64,000 bases of DNA from a virus (lineage: Duplodnaviria; Caudoviricetes). Below are positions 56,892 through 64,000 of this stretch, piece by piece (positions within the stretch are counted from its first letter, which is position 1; every line of letters starts with the position of its first letter). Under the pieces are notes generated by a model. It was not told the origin of the DNA. It was given only the letters and a program-made list of their open reading frames with translations, and did no database searches. Position numbers and translations under genes: made by a program. Where the stretch lies: IMG/VR virus record IMGVR_UViG_3300011113_000265, positions 1-64,000 of that record. The stretch is one strand, 5' to 3'.

Positions 56892-59800
56892 TGGCTGTAT
56901 TTTGTATAACAACTAGTAATCCTGAATTCCAAAAGCTACTAGCTGAAAGTGGAAAGAAACAAGGCGTGTTTGCTATGATGGTTTCTAAATGGATGACTGA
57001 AAATGAAGTATATGATAGGTACCCAACTTTACAAGAGTTGGGTATTTCTCCTATAACTAGTGTTAAACCAAATAAATTATTTGGATTATCTGAATCAGAA
57101 AATTTACAATTTAGTATAAATACACTAAATGCTATAAATGAATTTTTACAAGAAATTGGAGTAGAACAAAGATTTATTTCACAATTTATGAATGAGCAAG
57201 GTATTGCTCAAGATAATGTTCTTGCTGCTGCTAATTTTATTCAAGGTACTGTTGATATAATTGATGATGTAGAAAAAAGACCTTTAGCATGGGATAAACT
57301 TCCTGAAGAAGCTGCTCACTGGTGGTATAGATTATTAAAACATTCATCACCTTTAAAAAAATCATTATGGGAAGCTGCTAAAAATTCTGATAAATTAAAA
57401 GAACTAGCAGGTTCTAATTATGGTGATTATAATTCATTAGATGCTTTTACAGAAGAAGCTATTGGACAATTAATTGCTGAATCTATATATAGAATTCAAA
57501 ATAATAAAGCAACTGAAGCAGATAAAAATTTTTGGGATAAATTTATTGATTGGATTAAAAAATTACTTAATAAAGTAGAACAACATATAAATACTCCTTT
57601 TGATGAAGCTGCTGAAAAAATATTAAATAAAGATATAAAAGATTTATATGATTTAGAATATTATTCTAATATTGTTAATAGGTTAACTGATAATGAATTA
57701 GATAAAATTGTAAATGATATTCATAATAATGATATTATATATGATTCTAAAAATAAAAATATTATATATCAATATAATAATTTAGCGTATAATATTAATT
57801 TTTATCTTGATGAGTCAAATAAACAACTTAATTTAAATTTTAGTTCTCAATTTGATACTCAAAATCCTTATACAAATTTTATACAAACAATTATTCCTGA
57901 TATATGGCAATATCAAAGTTCAGGTTTTTCAAAAACAGATATTAATAGTATTTCTAGTGATGAAGAATTAACCGAATATTTAATGGATGCTCTTCAATAT
58001 TTCAATTTAAGTAAATATGAAGAAGTTAAACAAAATATTCAAAAGTCAATTTCTAAATCATATTCAGATATTACAGATATTAATATTTTAAAACAAATAT
58101 TTAATAGATTATTTAGTGATGGAGCTTTTGATGAATTATTTCAAGAATATAAAAATAAATCTATAAATAAAGGAAAGTTTATTGTTGAATTAAAAAAAAT
58201 AACTAATAACTATATTAATATAAATAATTCTCAAATAGATATTAATTTATTAGATAAAGAATTAAATTTAAAATCAACAAGAGTATTTAATAAAGGACAT
58301 TTTCAAAAAATAGAATTACCTAGAATTTTAAATGCTTTAGTTTATAATAAATTAAATGATATTAAAGCTAATAAATATTTACTAGTTAAAAATTTTAGAG
58401 AAAATTCTAAAGATTTATCTACAGATACAATTAAAACAATTTTTAAATTAAATGAATTAATAGATCGCAAACTTAAAAATAAACCTATAGATAGTAGTAA
58501 ATTTAAAGAAGAAGCTTTAAAAAAGATATATGATATTATAATTAATGATTTTAATGATTTAGGATATTCAGATTATATTATTAATTCTAATCAAAATAAT
58601 TCAGTTGGATTTAAAATAAATGATTTATTATTTGATGATTTTAAATTATTAGAAAATATAAAATATGATTCTAAAAATAAAGGTATAAGATTTTGGGCAG
58701 AAATACCTGAAACATTTTCTCAAGTTTATGGAAATAGTTTTTTTGTTAAATTATTAATAGATAATTTAAAGAAAGATAATATTTATAATGATATTATGAA
58801 TCCTATAAAAGGATATTATGATAAAATTAAATTTTCAAAATATTCTTTTAGTAATTTAAATATAAAAAATATTAATTCTGATGAATTTAAAGAAATTTTA
58901 TTTTTTGATAGTATATTATTATCATCTGATTTAAAACAAAATTTAAGTAATATTGTTAAAGAAAAAACTGGTAAATCTTTAAGTGTTTATTTTTCTAATA
59001 TATTAAATAATACATTAAATACTGAATATTTAAATAGTGAGAAAAAAATAATTAATAGAAAATTAGGAGTTAATAAATTATATTCTGAAGAATATTTTAA
59101 ATCTTTTGATAAAATAGATAGATTTTTTATTGCTGCTAAAATTTCTGAAATTTTAGAAACAAGTAATAAAAAAGTAATTACTGAACTTGCTGTTCTAAAT
59201 GTAATGAATCAAATTAATTATGATCCAAATGAAGCTTATGAAAGAGGTTTTGGATTTTATCATGGTTTTCCAGGATATTCAGATCAAACTGAAACAAATG
59301 AAATAACTTTTAGTGATGTTAAAAATTTTGTAGATGGTGTATTATGGAGTACTGATAGAGAATTACATTTTCCATTATCAACTTATACTGCTCAATCTAA
59401 ATTTAAAAATGAAAAATGGAATCATAAATTAGGATCACGTAGACAACAAGTTAGAATTGTTTTATTTCCTGAATCTTCTGATATTAAATTAGCAGGTAAA
59501 GATGATATTTATTCAGGTCAAAGAGATAGTGTAAGATTAGAAGAATTAAATTTAAAGTTACCTGTTACTAAATATTATTTTAGAGATGTTGATAGTATTA
59601 CATCAACTATTGCAGATTCAATAGAACTTAGAGATCATAATCATAATGAACAAGTTATTGATTTAAAAAAAGGTAGATTTTATTTTGAATATGATGATGA
59701 TATTTCAGATGAAATTAAAAATTATTTAAATACAGTAAATCAAAAATTATTAAATAATTTAAAAGTAAATCCAAATATTATTAATGAAAACTCTGATTAT

Positions 59801-60325
59801 ATTGATAATTCACCTTATGTTGTTAAAAGAACTAATAAATCTTTAATTGATATTAAAAAATCTAATGAAGTAAATAAAAAATTTACTAAAGGTCCTTTAA
59901 TTAATATATCTAAATTATATAAAGATATTAAAAAAGAATTAACAGAAGATAAAATTATAAAATATAAATTAGAAAAAAGAGAAAATTTAACTAATTATTT
60001 AGAAGCTTATATAAAAGATTTTAAAGAATTTAATCAAGTATTAAATCAATATACTGATTATCGACAAGATAAAGAAAATCTTTTATATAATAATGATATA
60101 ATTGAAGTAATTGATTTTTATTTAAATAGTGGTGAAGCTCCAACTTTTACTAATTTTCAATCTCATGTTAATACTAATAGAATAAATTATTTATTTGCTA
60201 TAGATCAAGCTAATAAACAAACTTATTCTTATAGTAGTCAAACTGGATTAGCTATGTCTAATGCTGAAGCTAAAGCTTTTAATAGTTTAGTAAATGATGG
60301 TACAATATCAATTAAATGTGAATAA
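56891..60325 (+). CDS. Large polyvalent cargo protein (degenerate zincin-like domain, possible ADP-ribosyltransferase domain)
   Basis: 1144 aa; PEEAAHW ... EEAIG ... FWDKFIDWIK; FYHG ... LSTYT ... NEQVI; Cys only at residue 5 and the penultimate residue. Confidence 0.6.
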   Translation: MAVFCITTSNPEFQKLLAESGKKQGVFAMMVSKWMTENEVYDRYPTLQELGISPITSVKPNKLFGLSESENLQFSINTLNAINEFLQEIGVEQRFISQFMNEQGIAQDNVLAAANFIQGTVDIIDDVEKRPLAWDKLPEEAAHWWYRLLKHSSPLKKSLWEAAKNSDKLKELAGSNYGDYNSLDAFTEEAIGQLIAESIYRIQNNKATEADKNFWDKFIDWIKKLLNKVEQHINTPFDEAAEKILNKDIKDLYDLEYYSNIVNRLTDNELDKIVNDIHNNDIIYDSKNKNIIYQYNNLAYNINFYLDESNKQLNLNFSSQFDTQNPYTNFIQTIIPDIWQYQSSGFSKTDINSISSDEELTEYLMDALQYFNLSKYEEVKQNIQKSISKSYSDITDINILKQIFNRLFSDGAFDELFQEYKNKSINKGKFIVELKKITNNYININNSQIDINLLDKELNLKSTRVFNKGHFQKIELPRILNALVYNKLNDIKANKYLLVKNFRENSKDLSTDTIKTIFKLNELIDRKLKNKPIDSSKFKEEALKKIYDIIINDFNDLGYSDYIINSNQNNSVGFKINDLLFDDFKLLENIKYDSKNKGIRFWAEIPETFSQVYGNSFFVKLLIDNLKKDNIYNDIMNPIKGYYDKIKFSKYSFSNLNIKNINSDEFKEILFFDSILLSSDLKQNLSNIVKEKTGKSLSVYFSNILNNTLNTEYLNSEKKIINRKLGVNKLYSEEYFKSFDKIDRFFIAAKISEILETSNKKVITELAVLNVMNQINYDPNEAYERGFGFYHGFPGYSDQTETNEITFSDVKNFVDGVLWSTDRELHFPLSTYTAQSKFKNEKWNHKLGSRRQQVRIVLFPESSDIKLAGKDDIYSGQRDSVRLEELNLKLPVTKYYFRDVDSITSTIADSIELRDHNHNEQVIDLKKGRFYFEYDDDISDEIKNYLNTVNQKLLNNLKVNPNIINENSDYIDNSPYVVKRTNKSLIDIKKSNEVNKKFTKGPLINISKLYKDIKKELTEDKIIKYKLEKRENLTNYLEAYIKDFKEFNQVLNQYTDYRQDKENLLYNNDIIEVIDFYLNSGEAPTFTNFQSHVNTNRINYLFAIDQANKQTYSYSSQTGLAMSNAEAKAFNSLVNDGTISIKCE

Positions 60326-60555
60326 TGTTATTACAATTAAACCCAACAATACCTGTGTATATCCCTGAGTTTGATGCTGAAGGATATGCATTTTTAGTTA
60401 ATGAAACACATGAAGAAGATTATCTTTATTTTACTGTTGCTTTAGATAATGGTGAGATATGGATACTTGATAATAGAAGAGTTAGATTTTGTGTTAATAG
60501 AACTAAATCTAGAAATAAAATAAATAAATTAAATAAATCAGAATACATAAAATGA
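60325..60555 (+). CDS. Hypothetical protein
   Basis: 76 aa, QLNPTIPV ... GEIW; overlaps both neighbours. Confidence 0.7.
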   Translation: MLLQLNPTIPVYIPEFDAEGYAFLVNETHEEDYLYFTVALDNGEIWILDNRRVRFCVNRTKSRNKINKLNKSEYIK

Positions 60556-63500
60556 GTTGTTCAATAGATCCAGATAAAATAACAGTTGGTGAAGTTAGAG
60601 ATCTTGTTAGGCGTAAAGAATTTAGTGAATTTAAACCTAATAAAGATGATGCTGCTTCTGATGTTATTAAAAAAATACAAGCTTTACAAAATAAAGTAAC
60701 TACTGAATTAGTAGATAATACACAGCTAGTTAAAGGATATCATTTAGATCCTAGTGGTAAGACTATGCGTTATGTATGGTTAGATACTAAAGAACTAGCT
60801 TTTAGTGGTAGGGTAACTGATATTAATAAAGCTAAATTTGTTAAAAGAAAAGGTGTTAAAGCTGCTGAAGAATTATCTAGTTTACCTGATAATATTATAA
60901 AACGTGATGCTGGTACTAAAGTACATAAAGCATTAGAAAAACTTGCTTTTTGGTTTATTAAAAATGATAAGTCTGGTTTAGTTGCTAATGATTTATCTAA
61001 AATACCTGATGTTGATGAAGATCAAATAAAAAATGAATTAGGTGTTTCAGATGGAGTTTTTTTAAATTTAAAAGAAGCATTTTCTGAAATATGGAGTACT
61101 GTTAAAAGTACACAAAAACAAATTGACCCTAATGGAAAGTTTTGGATAAATCCTGAAACTTTTATGTTAGATTTTACAACATTTGATAAAGGTGGTACTG
61201 CAGATTTACTTATAGTTTACTCAGATAAAAGTGGTGGTTTATTTGATTATAAAACCATGAGTCCTTTAACAGATGAGAATTATAAAATTAAAGATCCTAA
61301 TTGGATTGCTGATTATAAAATAGATGAGTTTAATACTCAAATATCTACTTTAATAGATATGTATAAAAAAATAGGTATTACTAAATTTAGACATGCTAGA
61401 ATTGTACCTATTCAAATTAGTTTAGCTCCTAAAGCTAAAACTGATACTACTAAAGCAGAAGGTGCTAAATTAACTGATAAATTTGTTACTGTTAAAATGG
61501 GTGAAAAGTTTGATGAATATCTAACTCAAATACCTATTATAGTAGAAGAAACTGGTAATGAATCTTTAGATAGAGCTATTAAAGAAGCAATTACTCTTAA
61601 AAATAATCTTAATAAAAGATTAAAAAAATATAAAGAGGATAGTGCTGAGTATAATAAATTAGTATTTAGAATTAAAAAACTAAATAAAAGTATTAATGAA
61701 ATTATGCTTAATAAAGATATTAACTTTATGTTTAAACAATATAGAGAACTTGTTAATAGATATATGAAGGGTAATTCTTTAATGGTAGAAACAAGAGATC
61801 CTAATAATTCTTTATTTTTAAATAATCAAAAGATTAAAGATTTACTTGATGATTTAAGTATATTTGAAGCTATTGCTAGTTCTACTCCTGACTTTATTGA
61901 TTCACTTGAATTAGGTGATTTTACTCCTGAATCATATTTAAATGCTTTAAATGAAATACTAGGTAAAACAACTTTTTTAAAAAATAGTTTAGAGCAAAGA
62001 CTTATTGATTTAAACTTAACTACTGATGAATATCAAGCTGCTAAGAATGATAAAAGCTTAAGTTGGTTTGATAAGTTATTTAGAAGATTTAGTAATATTA
62101 ATAATACTATTTTTCAAAAAGTTAAACAACTATTAGACTTAGCTAATACAAGAACTAGATTAGATATTAGAAACTTTGAGAGCCAGCTAAAAAAAATAGA
62201 TCAGGCCGTACAAGCTTACGGTAACTCTGTAGGACTTTCAGGTATGAAAGTGTATGAACTATTTGTAAATAAAAAAACAGGTAATTTACATACTAAATAC
62301 CTTAGTAAATTTTATGATGAGTTATCTGAAGCTAGAAAAGATAAAGATGATGCTTTTTTAAATAAATATCTTAAACTTCGTGAAGATGCTCAAGAAATAT
62401 TTGAAAAACGCAAACTTGATTATATGTTTAAAAACTCTTTAGTAGAAAGTGATTTAGAAAAAAATGATGCTTATATTAAATGGGAATCTGAAAATAATCC
62501 ATCTAAACCTAGTTCTAACACTAAATATTCTAACTATTGGTTTACTTATTATGAAATAAATGAAGATGCTATTCCTAATGAATATTTTAATCCTGATTTC
62601 ATAAAGATTAAAAGCAATCAAGCTTTATTAGATTATTATAATTTTTGGACAGATAGTATGGAAACCTTTAGAGAGTATCTTGATCTTAGTGGTGATAAAA
62701 TACCTAGAAATTTTATACCTTGGATTAAAGCTAATACTGTAGAACAGTTTATGAATAATGGGATTAATATATCTTTAGATAGTTTTAAAAACATTATGAG
62801 TATTCAAGAAAATAATGAACTTGTGTTTAGAGAAGGTTATATTGAATTAAAAAGTGAAATAGATCCTGACACTGGTTTACCTAAAAGAGAAATACCTAGA
62901 TACTTTATTAATCCTTTAATTAATCAACAAGGAGAAATAGATAGTAGTTTAAAATCTTTTGATTTATCTTCAAGTTTAATGATATTTGCTGGTATGGCTT
63001 ATAATTATAACAATCTTAAAGAACATGAAAATACTATTGAAGCTCTTAAAGAAGTTCTTGCTAAATTAGGTGTAGTACAAACTACTGCTGAAGGTAAAAC
63101 ATTACCTAATTCTGAAATTGGTAAAAGATCTGCTGAATTTAAATTATTAGAAGATCTTATTAATTCTCAATTATATGGAGCTTATTATAAAGAAAAACCT
63201 AGTAAAGCAACACAAGGTCTTCAAAAATTAAGATCTTATCAACAACTTACTACATTAGCTTTAGATCCTATATCATCAACAGTTAACTTAATGGGTGCTA
63301 GAACTAATGCTTTGTTTCAAGGTGTTAAAGGTTATTTTTATACTAGAGCAATGTATAATAAAGCATTAGATAATAGATTTAGAGATACTGAAAGATATAA
63401 AGCTTTAGCACATTTTTTTCAACCATATGCTAATAAACGTGTAGATGAAATAGCAAAAGAATTTAAAGGTAATAAGATTGCTAAAAAATTTAGTTATGAT

Positions 63501-64000
63501 AACTTATTTGTTGGTTTTAGATTAGGTGATGAGCATATTGATGAACAAGTACTTAATAGTATGTTACAAAACTATACTATTGTTGATGGTAAATTAAAAA
63601 GACTTACTGAAAAAGATAGAAATGCTGGTACTTATAAAAGCTTGTTAGATAGTAGTTCTGTTGATTCTGAAGGTAATCTTATTATTGAAGGATTACTTGA
63701 TGCTAATGGTAAAGTTGATGAACAAGTATATACTCAATTTAGAAATACTGTATTAAATACAATTGCTACTATTAAAGGAGGTCTTAATAGTGAAGATATG
63801 AATGCTATTAATCTTAGTATGAGTGGTAAAATGTTAATGACTTTTAGAAACTGGTTACCTGATCTTGCTGATGAAAGATTTAGAGGTATTACTGATGTAT
63901 GGAGTAGTAGTAGATCATCTTTAAGAATAAATCCTGTTACTAATACAGTTATTGAAGGTAGATATACTGCTTTTTTTAGTGATATGAATACTGAAGATAA
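60552..64000 (+). CDS. Giant cargo protein with N-terminal PD-(D/E)xK nuclease domain, truncated by the window end
   Basis: Not in the track (no stop inside the window). The first ~240 aa translated by hand give MSCSIDPDK ... AGTKVHKALE ... PETFM ... GGTADLLIV ... LFDYKT. Confidence 0.75.
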   Translation, partial: MSCSIDPDKITVGEVRDLVRRKEFSEFKPNKDDAASDVIKKIQALQNKVTTELVDNTQLVKGYHLDPSGKTMRYVWLDTKELAFSGRVTDINKAKFVKRKGVKAAEELSSLPDNIIKRDAGTKVHKALEKLAFWFIKNDKSGLVANDLSKIPDVDEDQIKNELGVSDGVFLNLKEAFSEIWSTVKSTQKQIDPNGKFWINPETFMLDFTTFDKGGTADLLIVYSDKSGGLFDYKTMSPLTDENYKIKDPNWIADYKIDEFNTQISTLIDMYKKIGITKFRHARIVPIQISLAPKAKTDTTKAEGAKLTDKFVTVKMGEKFDEYLTQIPIIVEETGNESLDRAIKEAITLKNNLNKRLKKYKEDSAEYNKLVFRIKKLNKSINEIMLNKDINFMFKQYRELVNRYMKGNSLMVETRDPNNSLFLNNQKIKDLLDDLSIFEAIASSTPDFIDSLELGDFTPESYLNALNEILGKTTFLKNSLEQRLIDLNLTTDEYQAAKNDKSLSWFDKLFRRFSNINNTIFQKVKQLLDLANTRTRLDIRNFESQLKKIDQAVQAYGNSVGLSGMKVYELFVNKKTGNLHTKYLSKFYDELSEARKDKDDAFLNKYLKLREDAQEIFEKRKLDYMFKNSLVESDLEKNDAYIKWESENNPSKPSSNTKYSNYWFTYYEINEDAIPNEYFNPDFIKIKSNQALLDYYNFWTDSMETFREYLDLSGDKIPRNFIPWIKANTVEQFMNNGINISLDSFKNIMSIQENNELVFREGYIELKSEIDPDTGLPKREIPRYFINPLINQQGEIDSSLKSFDLSSSLMIFAGMAYNYNNLKEHENTIEALKEVLAKLGVVQTTAEGKTLPNSEIGKRSAEFKLLEDLINSQLYGAYYKEKPSKATQGLQKLRSYQQLTTLALDPISSTVNLMGARTNALFQGVKGYFYTRAMYNKALDNRFRDTERYKALAHFFQPYANKRVDEIAKEFKGNKIAKKFSYDNLFVGFRLGDEHIDEQVLNSMLQNYTIVDGKLKRLTEKDRNAGTYKSLLDSSSVDSEGNLIIEGLLDANGKVDEQVYTQFRNTVLNTIATIKGGLNSEDMNAINLSMSGKMLMTFRNWLPDLADERFRGITDVWSSSRSSLRINPVTNTVIEGRYTAFFSDMNTED

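Noticed and set aside
8965-64000. Stop-codon reassignment (TAG or TGA), known in some crAss-like phages
   Set aside because: All large genes are intact and tightly packed in the standard code. TAG (11169, 17859) and TGA end genes at sensible boundaries.

Overview
AT-rich dsDNA phage DNA with the gene order of a crAss-like (Crassvirales) phage of Bacteroidota. Bases 1-8375 are a minus-strand block of small mosaic accessory genes. This block includes an SplB-like radical-SAM enzyme, a membrane-anchored glucosaminidase, a degenerate tRNA-like element with a structured leader, and an attC/Flavo-1-like palindrome cut by the window edge. A divergent non-coding region (about 8376-8964) holds phased A-tracts and a ~300-nt stretch that folds by eye into a pseudoknotted RNA. 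Bases 8965-64000 are the plus-strand virion module: HU/IHF-like protein, GroES, terminase, portal, major capsid, tail and fibre genes, a GIY-YIG endonuclease, a lysis cassette, tail tube and muzzle, then giant cargo proteins including a virion RNA polymerase (DYDID motif) and a truncated PD-(D/E)xK protein. Three observations stand out. (1) Four consecutive giant cargo proteins carry cysteines almost only at their termini, suggesting a head-to-tail disulfide-linked ejection chain. (2) Two distant virion proteins are cut into modules by a shared K-[YF]-x-x-G-G motif, one of them beside HExxH peptidases. (3) There are two candidate structured ncRNAs. All product calls come from motifs and synteny read by eye; no searches were run.
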